NCBI GenBank assembly: GCA_021325135.1
Contig: JAJPHT010000014.1
Span: 32,001 to 96,000 of the forward strand
DNA from: Pseudomonadota bacterium
Lineage (GTDB): Archaea; Thermoplasmatota; SW-10-69-26; JACQPN01; JAJPHT01
Length of the DNA: 64,000 nucleotides
Reading direction: 5' to 3'
Within the stretch, counting starts at the first letter, position 1. Each line of letters begins with the position of its first letter. Below are positions 18,978 to 27,794 of this stretch, in pieces. A program made the position numbers and the translations under genes. The notes under the pieces are model-generated. The model saw only the letters and a list, made by a program, of their open reading frames with translations. It had not been told where the DNA came from and ran no database searches.

Positions 18978-19835
18978 GTGGAGCCCGCCCACCCCCTCGT
19001 GAAGGCCCCCGGGCGAAGCCCGGCGGTCGCGCGCCGGGTGGCGGGCGCCTTCGTCCTCCTGGGCGTCCTTCTTCTCTACCGCGCTCCCGCGCGCTTCGTC
19101 TGGAACGCGTGGCTCAGCGACCCCTACTACGCCCACGGCCTCCCCGTCTTCGCGGCGGCGGTGGCGCTGGCGGCGTGGCGCCTCTGGAAGGCCCCGCGCG
19201 CCGAAGCGTCCGTCCCCGCGTGGGCGCTCCTGGGCCTCCCCCTTGCGGGCGCGCTCTACCTCGCGGGCCTCCTGCGCGCGGACGCGTACCTGCTATCATG
19301 GAGCGCGCTCGCGCTCGCGGCCTCCGTCGCGCTGGCCTCGGGCGGCTGGCCCCGCCTGCGCCTCGTGGGCGCGCCGCTCCTCCTCGCCGCGCTGGCGCTG
19401 CCCACCCCCTGGACGATCCAGGTCTGCGTGGCGCTCCAGGACGGCGCCACCGCCGCGACGGGCTTCCTGCTCTCCCTGGCGGGCATCGCGCTGGAGCGCG
19501 GCCTCACGACGCTCACCGCCGGGGGCCTCTCCTTCGAGGTGACGCCCGCGTGCAGCGGCTTCCAGTCCGCCGTGAGCCTCCTCGCCGTGGGCGCGGGCAT
19601 CGCGACAATCTTCCCGCGCCGCGCGGGCCTCGTCCTCGCCCTGGCGGTCCCCGTGGCGCTGGCGCTCAACGTCCTCCGCCTCGTCCTCGTCGTCCTCATC
19701 AGCCTCGCGTGGGGCCCCGGCGCCGCGGAGGGCTTCTTCCACGGCCTCTCCGACGCGCTGATCTTCGTCGCCGAGACGCTTCTTCTCCTCGCCGTCGCGG
19801 GCGCGCTCTCGCGCCCCCGGGGGCGGGCCGCATGA
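18978..19835 (+). CDS. Exosortase/archaeosortase family protein
   Basis: W..DPYYAHG N-terminus; catalytic triad C (VTPACSG), R (NVLR), H (FFH). Confidence 0.9.
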   Translation: MEPAHPLVKAPGRSPAVARRVAGAFVLLGVLLLYRAPARFVWNAWLSDPYYAHGLPVFAAAVALAAWRLWKAPRAEASVPAWALLGLPLAGALYLAGLLRADAYLLSWSALALAASVALASGGWPRLRLVGAPLLLAALALPTPWTIQVCVALQDGATAATGFLLSLAGIALERGLTTLTAGGLSFEVTPACSGFQSAVSLLAVGAGIATIFPRRAGLVLALAVPVALALNVLRLVLVVLISLAWGPGAAEGFFHGLSDALIFVAETLLLLAVAGALSRPRGRAA

Positions 19836-20698
19836 GGAGCGAGGACACCTGGCGCGTCGTGGGCGGCGCCGTCGCGCTCCTCATCGTCGCGGGCCTCCTC
19901 CTCTCCACGCCCAGCATGATCTTCGTGCGCAAGGTGGACATCGTCGACGCCGAGCTTCGCGACTCGGGCCACTCCCACGCCGTCCTCGCGCGCATGGACC
20001 TGGGGGACCCCAAGGCCCTCAAGGCCATCCCCAGGACGCTGGGCGCGTGGAACGAGTCGCGCGAGTATGACTACGACAACGTGGCCGCGATCCTCAACAC
20101 CAACGTGCTCCTCAGCCGTGACTACCAGCGCGACGACGTGTTCCAGCCGGTGAACCTCCTCGTCATCGAGAGCGAGAACGTCAGCTCGTTCCACCCCGCG
20201 CCCGTCTGCTATCGCGCGCAGGGCTACGACGTGCCCGCCGACGAGGGGGCCGTCGTCACGGTGCCCGTGCCCAACGAGACGTGGGCCCAGGAGCGGTGGC
20301 TCAGCGCGCAGGAGCAGAACGTCTTCGCGGGCAACCTCAGCGCGAAGCTCCTGGAGGTCACGAAGCCCGGCCCCAACGGCACGGTGGCCGAGAAGCGCGT
20401 CGCGCTCTACGTCTACCTCAAGCGCGAGGACTGGCGCGTCACGGACCAGGTGACGTGGGTGCGCCTGGAGATGGTCGTGACGCCCGACACCCGGGGCGCG
20501 GACGTGCTCCCCATCCTCGGCGACATGATGAAGGAGGTCGTGCCCAACCTCTTCCTCTTCAAGGTCACCGAGGAGCGCACGCTGGGCGAGAGCCTCGTCG
20601 ACAGGTTCGGCGTGGGCGGCGCGGGGCTCGTCGCCGCCGCGGTCGCCATCCCCTGCTGGCCCATCGCGATGGCGTTCTGGCGCAGCCGCCGAGGTTGA
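19832..20698 (+). CDS. Exosortase-associated EpsI-like protein
   Basis: ATGA overlap with the exosortase; IP..LG.W, L.RDY, FHPAPVCYRAQGY; TM at both ends. Confidence 0.85.
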   Translation: MRSEDTWRVVGGAVALLIVAGLLLSTPSMIFVRKVDIVDAELRDSGHSHAVLARMDLGDPKALKAIPRTLGAWNESREYDYDNVAAILNTNVLLSRDYQRDDVFQPVNLLVIESENVSSFHPAPVCYRAQGYDVPADEGAVVTVPVPNETWAQERWLSAQEQNVFAGNLSAKLLEVTKPGPNGTVAEKRVALYVYLKREDWRVTDQVTWVRLEMVVTPDTRGADVLPILGDMMKEVVPNLFLFKVTEERTLGESLVDRFGVGGAGLVAAAVAIPCWPIAMAFWRSRRG

Positions 20699-20785
20699 TT
20701 CGTCTTCGGCGCCAAGCCCAACGTTCATCACCCTCGTGGTCATGGCAGCCGCGGGCGGACCCCGCCCTGCGAAGGAGGCATTCCC

Positions 20786-21442
20786 ATGCAACTCTACGTC
20801 AGACTAGCCCTTGCCATTGCCCTTGTGACCGTCGCCATCCCCGCCGTGCCCACCGCGTCCGCGACGTGCGTCGATTCGATCTGCTTCTGCACCACGCCCG
20901 TGGGGCCGTGCGTCCTCTGTCTCGTCGAAGGCGAGGGGACCTGCTGCACGAACCTCACCACGTGCTACCTCCAGCCCATCGAGCAGCTCGTGCCCCAGGT
21001 GAAGAACGTCCAGACGACGACCAACCCCGACGGCACCGAGACCGTGAGCTTCGACGTCTGCTTCGGGAGCGGCAGCTGCACGCACGTGGCCGAGACCATC
21101 CCCACCGCGTGCCTGGCCTACAACCCCGACGCGCTCACGAACCTCTGCGTCACGACGGGCTCCCAGCCCGAGGGCGTCTCCGTCCCCGAGCCCACCGTCG
21201 GCTCGCGCACCATCACGGTGCCCGTCCCCACCGTGGGCACCACGCCCGACCACGTCTGCATCGTGGGCCCCGAGTGCGTGGACGTCCCCGTGCCCGGCGT
21301 GGGCACCAACCCCACGCCCGAGACGGTCCCCGACGTCGGCGTCTCCTGGCAGACCGTCGTCGTCAACGTCCCCACCGTGGGCGGCTACGTCGAGGCCACC
21401 GCGCTCTGCGGCCTCAACGTCCCCTGCAGCGTGACGCTGTAG
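20786..21442 (+). CDS. Cys-rich, Val/Pro/Thr-rich secreted protein
   Basis: Signal peptide; 16 Cys; VPxPxVG repeats. Confidence 0.7.
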   Translation: MQLYVRLALAIALVTVAIPAVPTASATCVDSICFCTTPVGPCVLCLVEGEGTCCTNLTTCYLQPIEQLVPQVKNVQTTTNPDGTETVSFDVCFGSGSCTHVAETIPTACLAYNPDALTNLCVTTGSQPEGVSVPEPTVGSRTITVPVPTVGTTPDHVCIVGPECVDVPVPGVGTNPTPETVPDVGVSWQTVVVNVPTVGGYVEATALCGLNVPCSVTL

Positions 21443-21448
21443 GCTCCC

Positions 21449-23566
21449 TCAGAACTCCCAGCTTTTTTTCCTGTTCAGGTGCCGCGTCAGCAGCCGCGCC
21501 GTGTCCTCGTCCACGACGTCGAGGCCCGCCTCCACGGCGAAGCCTTCGCGCATCACCTCGTTGAGGTGCTTGCCCAGGTCGTACTCCAGGAGCTTGGCCC
21601 GCAGCAGGTCGTCCGCGCGGCGGAACTCGCGCAGGCGCTCCACCTTGAGGCGCCCCTCCTCCTCGTACACCGGGCTGCGCGCGTCGCGGTGGCCGCTCCA
21701 CGCCTTGCGGAACCTCTCGGCGTGCTCCTTGCTGCGCACGGGAGGACCCGTGTGGGTCACGGTGTCGGGCAGGCGGATGCGCGGAAGCTCCAGGAGGATG
21801 AGAAGCTCGCGGCCGCCCACCTCGTAGCTCGCGCGCTTGAGGTCGAACTCGTGGCGCTCCAGCAGCCGCTTGACGGCGTCCACCGCCTTGCGCATCTGGT
21901 CGTGCAGGTGGTCCTCCAGCACGTCGGGCGCGCGCGTGCGCACGAGGATGAACTCGCTGCGCCGCCGCCGCACGGCCAGTTCCAGCTCGTCGGGCGGGCG
22001 CGGCACCAGCTGGCGCGGGAAGAAGAACTGGAGCCCCTCGCGGCGCAGGTACGCGCGGCACGACTCCGCGAAGTGCGCGAGCGTCTCGCTGGAGACGGCG
22101 CTGGCCGCGTTGCGCCGCGTGTCCACGGGGTCGAGGAACACCAGGGGGTCGTTGAAGCGCGGGGTCCCCTCCAGCATGTCGAGGACGAGGAAGGTGCCCG
22201 GCTTCCACCCCTGCCCGGCTTCCAGGACGCGGCGGAAGCTGCCGTACTTGAGCACGAGAAGCTCGCAGAGGTAGCCCGAGAAGCCGTGGGTCTTGGCCTC
22301 CGCGCCGTAGACGCCCACGCCCTTCATGAACGCCTTGAGGAGGCGCACCTGGTCGCGCTGCTCGCGGGACATCCTCCGCAGCACGAAGCGCGTGTGGAAC
22401 GGCGTGCGGTCCACGGCGGTCATGCGCTGGCTCACGTCCGCGATCTCGTAGGCGGGCACGACGTCGGCCTTCACGCCCTCGAAGAGGCCGTGCGTGTACG
22501 GGTGCTCCGCGTACTTCTCCTCGGGGTCGTCCAGCGTGGCGCGGCCCAGGTCGAGGCCCCACGTCTCCAGGCTCTCGCGGGGCACGTCCATGGGGAAGAG
22601 GACGAACGCGTCGAGGTCCACGTTGCTGCGCAGGTAGGTGTCCTTGGCGACGCTGCCCACGAGCATCGGCTTCCCCCGGAGCTTCCGCTCCGCGAGCGCG
22701 TCGCGCAGCCTCCCCAGCAGGCGCTCGGCGCGCTCCACGGTGTGCTGCGCCTCCTCGGGCGTCGGCTTCACGCGCTGGAGGGCGAGGCGCTCGGTGCTGA
22801 TGAAGCGGCTCGTGAAGACGGCCACGACGCCCGCGACGAGGAGGCCGCCCAGCACGTCCACGATCCAGTGGATGTTGAGATAGAGCGTCGCGAGGACCAG
22901 CGCGACCGCGTAGGCGTAGGCGAAGATGCGGAAGTTGCGGTTGCGCGAGTAGCGCGCCGCGTTGGCCGTGAGCACCGCGAAGGCGACCTGGAGGGAGGGG
23001 AACGTGTTGTTGACGGTGGTGAAGCTGTAGTAGATGTCCGCCAGCTGCGGGAAGAGGTCGAACACCGGGCTCTGCACGTGGTGGTACACGTACACGTTGT
23101 TGATGGGCATCAGCAGGTAGAAGGGCAGCGCGATGACGTAAGCCAGGGGGAACATCAGCAGGTTCGCCTTGGCGGGGCGCTCCTCGTCGCTGAGCACGTA
23201 GAGGAGGATGGGGAAGTAGAGCATCCACGGGTGGATGGCGACGTAGACGATGCTGAAGAAGTAGTCCAGCGGCGGGTTCCAGAGGTGCTGGAGGCTGGGG
23301 ACGGCGCCGCGCTCCAGCGCGTCCACCTGCGGCGTGAGGTCGTGGTAGGGCAGGCGCGACGTGATGGCCGCGTCCGCCTGCACGAGGAGCAGGTGCACCA
23401 GCAGCACGGCGCCCGCGGCGAGGAGGAACTTGCCGTACTTGTCCACGAGGCGCGGCCCCTCCTTGCGGCCCACGGGCACGGGCGTCTCGGGGAGGAAGAG
23501 GATAAGCCCCGCGCCCAGGAGCAGGAGGTTCACCAGCACGACGACGACCCAGACGGGGAGGTCCAT
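21449..23566 (-). CDS. cca: Fusion of a PAP2/Aur1-like membrane domain and an archaeal class I CCA tRNA nucleotidyltransferase
   Basis: One 705-aa ORF. First ~255 aa multi-TM with NTFPSLQ and LYLNIHWIVD; then GSVAKDTYL...DLDAF, YAEHPY, DVVPAY, AVDRTPFH, GVYGAE, GFSGYLCELL, DPVD..RN.A. Confidence 0.92.
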   Translation of the reverse strand: MDLPVWVVVVLVNLLLLGAGLILFLPETPVPVGRKEGPRLVDKYGKFLLAAGAVLLVHLLLVQADAAITSRLPYHDLTPQVDALERGAVPSLQHLWNPPLDYFFSIVYVAIHPWMLYFPILLYVLSDEERPAKANLLMFPLAYVIALPFYLLMPINNVYVYHHVQSPVFDLFPQLADIYYSFTTVNNTFPSLQVAFAVLTANAARYSRNRNFRIFAYAYAVALVLATLYLNIHWIVDVLGGLLVAGVVAVFTSRFISTERLALQRVKPTPEEAQHTVERAERLLGRLRDALAERKLRGKPMLVGSVAKDTYLRSNVDLDAFVLFPMDVPRESLETWGLDLGRATLDDPEEKYAEHPYTHGLFEGVKADVVPAYEIADVSQRMTAVDRTPFHTRFVLRRMSREQRDQVRLLKAFMKGVGVYGAEAKTHGFSGYLCELLVLKYGSFRRVLEAGQGWKPGTFLVLDMLEGTPRFNDPLVFLDPVDTRRNAASAVSSETLAHFAESCRAYLRREGLQFFFPRQLVPRPPDELELAVRRRRSEFILVRTRAPDVLEDHLHDQMRKAVDAVKRLLERHEFDLKRASYEVGGRELLILLELPRIRLPDTVTHTGPPVRSKEHAERFRKAWSGHRDARSPVYEEEGRLKVERLREFRRADDLLRAKLLEYDLGKHLNEVMREGFAVEAGLDVVDEDTARLLTRHLNRKKSWEF

Positions 23567-24115
23567 CTACACGCCCTCCAGCCGCGCGCCGTGCAGCGTC
23601 TCGTGCCTCGCGCCGCCCGGGCCCAGCACGCTGCGGTAGAGGTTCACGACCTCGACGCGCACGGCGGGGAGGGGCTCGTCGCGGCGCGACGCGAGCAGCG
23701 CAGGAAGCCCCGCGAGGCGGCCCCCTTCGCGCACGCGCGCCAGCGTGACGTGCGCGCGGAAGGGCTTCGCGTCGTCGGGCGGCAGCGCCTTGCGCACGCG
23801 CTCCGCCAGGGCGTCCAGCGGGGGGCAGGGGCGCGCTCCGGCCCACACGACGCGGGGCTGCCGCGGGTTGGGGAAGGCCCCGATCCCGTGAAGCTCCAGC
23901 GTGAACGCGGAGACGCCCCGCGCGGTCTCGTCCAGCGCGGCGGCCATGCGGGGCGCGGCGTCGTCGGGCGCGTCGCCCAGGAACGAGAGCGTGAGGTGGA
24001 GGTGGGCCGGGTCCGAGGGCTTCAGGTCCGCCCCGGTCGCCCGCAGGGCGTCCAGCGCGCCGGAGAGCGCGGGGTCGGGCGGGAGCGGGATCCCCACGAA
24101 CGCCCGGAACGCCAT
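23567..24115 (-). CDS. thpR: RNA 2',3'-cyclic phosphodiesterase (2H phosphoesterase, LigT/ThpR)
   Basis: RAFVGI, HLTLSFLG, GAFP...PRVVW, AHVTLAR; its TAG abuts the cca ATG. Confidence 0.9.
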   Translation of the reverse strand: MAFRAFVGIPLPPDPALSGALDALRATGADLKPSDPAHLHLTLSFLGDAPDDAAPRMAAALDETARGVSAFTLELHGIGAFPNPRQPRVVWAGARPCPPLDALAERVRKALPPDDAKPFRAHVTLARVREGGRLAGLPALLASRRDEPLPAVRVEVVNLYRSVLGPGGARHETLHGARLEGV

Positions 24116-24244
24116 CGGGGCGGGACCGGCCCCTCGCCGACATAAGGGTTCGGGCCCGCGCCGGCCGCGCTCCGGGGCCGCCCGGTTTGGGCGCAGGCCG
24201 GGGCCGAAGGTAACACCTCCGCGCGGAAAGGGGTGGGGTTTGAA

Positions 24245-25036
24245 ATGGACGGAGCGAGGAAGCCGGCTCTCGGTCCCTTGATCGCCTCCCTCCTCGTCGC
24301 GGCGTTGGGCACCGGGGTGGTGGGGGTGACCTACGCCTGGGTCGGGGCCCGGCTCGCGCGCCGCCAGGTCCGCGACGCCGCGGACCGCGCCGCCCTGCGC
24401 GGCTTCGCCCTCTGGTGGCTCGCCATGGCGGCCACCCAGGCGCTGGATGCTGCGCTGGACTCCGCGGCGGCCCTCGGGAGCGCGGGCCCCGGGGCCGTGA
24501 CCATCGAAGGCATCCTGGAGCGCCTTCTCGTGGCCTCCGCGCTGGCGGGGCTCATGGTCTACCTGCTCTACATCGTCCAGGGGCGCCTGCGCCTCGCGGC
24601 CGTGGGCGCGTTCTACCTCGCTTACTTCACGGCGTCGCTCTACGCGTTCCACTGGCGCGGACCGCAGGGCGTCCACGCGGGGGCGTGGCGCGTCGAGGCG
24701 GCGTTCGCGCGCCCCGCGCCGCTGCCCGCCGAGGCCCTGCTGGACCTCGCGCTCCTGGCGCCGCCGGTGGCCGGCGCGCTGGCGTTCGGCCTCGCGGGGC
24801 GCCACGCGGCGAGCCTCGCCCAGCGCGCCCGCGTCGCGGCCACCTCGTGGGGGCTCCTCCTCTGGTGGGTCCTCACCGTGGCCTCCTCCTCACCGCAGCT
24901 CCTGGACGCCTCGTGGCTCCAGGCGGGCGCCCTCGTGGTGGGCCTCGGCACCTCGCTGGCCATCCTCCTCTCCCACGCGCCGCCCACGTGGGTCCTGCGC
25001 CGCTGGGCGGGCCGCGCGGAGCCCGTCGCAAGGTGA
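24245..25036 (+). CDS. Polytopic (about 7 TM) membrane protein of unknown function
   Basis: About seven hydrophobic segments, no soluble domain. Confidence 0.65.
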   Translation: MDGARKPALGPLIASLLVAALGTGVVGVTYAWVGARLARRQVRDAADRAALRGFALWWLAMAATQALDAALDSAAALGSAGPGAVTIEGILERLLVASALAGLMVYLLYIVQGRLRLAAVGAFYLAYFTASLYAFHWRGPQGVHAGAWRVEAAFARPAPLPAEALLDLALLAPPVAGALAFGLAGRHAASLAQRARVAATSWGLLLWWVLTVASSSPQLLDASWLQAGALVVGLGTSLAILLSHAPPTWVLRRWAGRAEPVAR

Positions 25037-25069
25037 AGGTATTTCTCGCGCGCCGCGGCTGGCGCCACG

Positions 25070-26464
25070 ATGCGTTGGGCGGCCCTCGTCCTCGCCCTGC
25101 TCTCCGCGGGGTGCGCGGCCTCCACGGTGCAGCCCGCCCTGCCCGCGGGCGAGCCCCAGGCGGCGGTCCCCTTCGCGGGCGAGCCCCTGGTGCAGGACCA
25201 CGACCACAACGACCCCTCGCTGCACAACGCGTCGCTGAACCTGCGGCTCCTCTCCCGCGTCATCCCCTACGGCAACGGCACCGCGTGGGGGCAGGGCTCC
25301 ATCAACGAGATCGCGTTCAGCGGCAACCTCATCTTCGTCTCGCGCAGCAACCCCGAGGGGGGCTTCGCCGTCGTGGACGCCACCGACCTGCGCCACCCGC
25401 AGGTGATCGGCGACTTCCACGCCGAGGGCGGGGCGGACATCGAGGTCACCAGCGACGGCGCCTACGCGCTCCTCATGACGCAGCGCACGACGCCCGGGGC
25501 GCAGACGCTGGACAGCCCCGCCACGCGCGAGGTGCGCGGCATCGACGTGGTGGACGTGCGCGACCCGGCGCACCCCTCGCTATCCAGCTTCCTGCCGCTC
25601 CCCACCAACGGCCCGCACACCGCGAGCTACCGCCTGCTCCCCGACGGGCGCGAGGTCGTCGCCATCGAGACCTACGACCTCGTGACCGACCCCACCACGG
25701 GCGCCATCGCGGGCGCGAGCCCCGCCACGCAGCGCGTCTACCTCGCGCTCCTCGCGCGCGACTCCCTGGGCGCGCACCTGCAAATCCAGGGCGTCTACCA
25801 GGTGACGGACCCCGCGCCGCCGGGGAAGCTCTACTTCCCGCACGACTCCTTCATCGAGCCCCAGAAGGACGGCCGCGTGCTGATGTACGTCGCCTACTGG
25901 GACGCGGGCGTGCGCATCGTTGATATCACCGACCTCTCGCAGCCCAAGGAGATCGCGAGCTATCGCGACTTCGCGCCCAGCGCGCTGGCCCAGATGCACG
26001 ACGTGAGGACGTTCCCCGCGCCCGTCGCCGGCAAGCACGTCCTGGCCGCGGCGCCCGAGATCATCACCGCCCCCGAGACGGGGCAGGTCACCTTCGTCGA
26101 CGTCACCGACCCCGCGAAGCCGACGAAGCTGGGCCGCTGGGGCATCCCCGGCAACCTCACCGTGGACAAACCCTACGACTTCAGCCCCCACGTGTTCGAC
26201 ACCGACGCGCGGGGCCGCCTCGTCATCGGCCACTACCACGCGGGCGTCTGGCTCGTGGACGCCAGCGATCCCACGGACCCCGTCACGCTGGGCTTCTACC
26301 TGCCCCACGAGACGCGCCCCGGCTTCACCGGCATGGTGCCCGACGTGTGGGCGGCCAAGTTCTTCCACGGCCACGTCGTCGCCAGCGACCAGGGCACGGG
26401 CCTCTACATCCTCGAAGCGGCGCCGGGCCTCCTCGACCCGCTGCCGCCGGGCGTGATCCCCTGA
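25070..26464 (+). CDS. LVIVD-repeat beta-propeller lipoprotein
   Basis: Lipobox LSAGC; GIDVVDVRDP, GVRIVDITD, GVWLVDASDP repeats. Confidence 0.85.
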   Translation: MRWAALVLALLSAGCAASTVQPALPAGEPQAAVPFAGEPLVQDHDHNDPSLHNASLNLRLLSRVIPYGNGTAWGQGSINEIAFSGNLIFVSRSNPEGGFAVVDATDLRHPQVIGDFHAEGGADIEVTSDGAYALLMTQRTTPGAQTLDSPATREVRGIDVVDVRDPAHPSLSSFLPLPTNGPHTASYRLLPDGREVVAIETYDLVTDPTTGAIAGASPATQRVYLALLARDSLGAHLQIQGVYQVTDPAPPGKLYFPHDSFIEPQKDGRVLMYVAYWDAGVRIVDITDLSQPKEIASYRDFAPSALAQMHDVRTFPAPVAGKHVLAAAPEIITAPETGQVTFVDVTDPAKPTKLGRWGIPGNLTVDKPYDFSPHVFDTDARGRLVIGHYHAGVWLVDASDPTDPVTLGFYLPHETRPGFTGMVPDVWAAKFFHGHVVASDQGTGLYILEAAPGLLDPLPPGVIP

Positions 26465-27387
26465 CGCGCCTCCAGGGCCCCGTCGACCTCGCCGCGACGC
26501 TCCAGGGCGGGCAGGCCTTCCGCTGGACGCGCGAGGAGGACGGCGCCTTCGTGGGCGTCGTGGGTCGGCGCGTCGTGCGCTATCAGTCCGCGGGCGCGGG
26601 CGTCGAGGCGGAGGCCTTCCCCCGCGCCACGCCGCGCTGGCACGCCCGCTACCTGGGCGCGACGCCCGAGGACGACGCCGCGCGCGGGCGGCTGCGCGCC
26701 GACCCCGTGCTGGCCCCCGCCCTCGCCGCGCACGAGGGGCTTCGCATCCTGCGCCAGGAGCCGTGGGAGACGACGGCCGCGTTCCTCGTGAGCGCCAACA
26801 ACAACGTCCTGCGCATCGAGGGCATCCTCCGCGCCCTCGCGCGCCGCGGCGACGCGCTGGGCTCGCCGTGGGGCGAGCGCCACGCCTTCCCCGACGCCGC
26901 GACGGTCGCGCGCCTTCCGGAGTCCCGCCTGCGCGCGCTGGGGCTGGGCTACCGCGCGCCCTTCCTGCGCGCGACGGCGCGCCTCGTCGCGTCGGGCGAC
27001 GTGGACCTCGATTCCCTCGTGGGCGCGCCGCTGCCCGAGGTCCGCGAGGCGCTGCTCGCGCTGCCGGGCGTCGGGCCCAAGGTCGCGGACTGCATCGCCC
27101 TCTTCGCGCTGGAGGCCGGCGGCGCGTTCCCGGTGGACCGCTGGGTGCTGCGCGCCGTGTCCGAGGCGTTCTTCGCAGGCCGCGAGGTGAAGCCCCGCGA
27201 GGCGGAGGCGTTCGCCCGCGCGCGCTGGGGCGACGACGCGGGCCTCGCGCAGCAGTTCCTCTTCCACGCCGTGCGGACGAGGGCGAACGCGCCCGGCGCC
27301 CGGAGGCTTTCTGCGACGCAGAACGACCACCAAGGCCAAGAGCGGGTCGCGCGATCGGCCCCTTCGTGGACCCGTTCATCGCCGTGA
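26461..27387 (+). CDS. 8-oxoguanine DNA glycosylase (OGG1-type HhH-GPD); start uncertain
   Basis: TL.GGQAFRW, GLRILRQEPWE, SANNN, GLGYRA, LPGVGPKVADC, FPVD. Confidence 0.85.
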   Translation: MTRLQGPVDLAATLQGGQAFRWTREEDGAFVGVVGRRVVRYQSAGAGVEAEAFPRATPRWHARYLGATPEDDAARGRLRADPVLAPALAAHEGLRILRQEPWETTAAFLVSANNNVLRIEGILRALARRGDALGSPWGERHAFPDAATVARLPESRLRALGLGYRAPFLRATARLVASGDVDLDSLVGAPLPEVREALLALPGVGPKVADCIALFALEAGGAFPVDRWVLRAVSEAFFAGREVKPREAEAFARARWGDDAGLAQQFLFHAVRTRANAPGARRLSATQNDHQGQERVARSAPSWTRSSP

Positions 27388-27794
27388 GCGTCGGGCTCGT
27401 CCTCGCGGTGCTCGCGCTCGTCGTCACCGTGCGCATCTACAACGACCGTCTGGATCGTCTCCGCGAGGAGCTTCGCAGCGTCGCGTCCTCGCGCCAGTCC
27501 CTCGCCGCGTCCCACGACCGCCTCACGGCCCAGTGGGCGCCGCTCCTCTCGCGCTATCCCTACGACCCGCGCCGCTTCCGCTTCGTGGGCTCTCCCGTGG
27601 ACGGCGTGCAGTTCGAGGAGGACCGCGTCGTCTTCGTGGAGTTCACGGAGGGCGTCGACCTCGGCCCCGAGCAGCAGCGCGTGCGCGACCTCGTGCGCGC
27701 GGGCCGCGTCGAGTGGCTGGAGGTCCCGCTGGAGGCGCCGCCGACCCCCGAGCCCGCGCCGCCCGCGACGGACCCGTGGTCGCACACGCCCTGA
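27366..27794 (+). CDS. Membrane-anchored Holliday-junction-resolvase-like (Endonuc_Holl) protein, degenerate active site
   Basis: TM + coiled coil + QWAP...FRFVGSPVDGVQF...FVEFTEG...Q..RDLV..GRVEW. Confidence 0.7.
   Translation: MDPFIAVSVGLVLAVLALVVTVRIYNDRLDRLREELRSVASSRQSLAASHDRLTAQWAPLLSRYPYDPRRFRFVGSPVDGVQFEEDRVVFVEFTEGVDLGPEQQRVRDLVRAGRVEWLEVPLEAPPTPEPAPPATDPWSHTP

Noticed and set aside
21180-21200. VPEP motif in the Cys-rich protein beside the exosortase
   Set aside because: Internal and not followed by a TM helix or basic tail, so not PEP-CTERM
5511-24145. Long R/P/G/A-rich ORFs (e.g. 5511..8456, 6083..8134, 21414..24143, 21479..24145)
   Set aside because: Alternative frames over well-supported genes in very high-GC DNA
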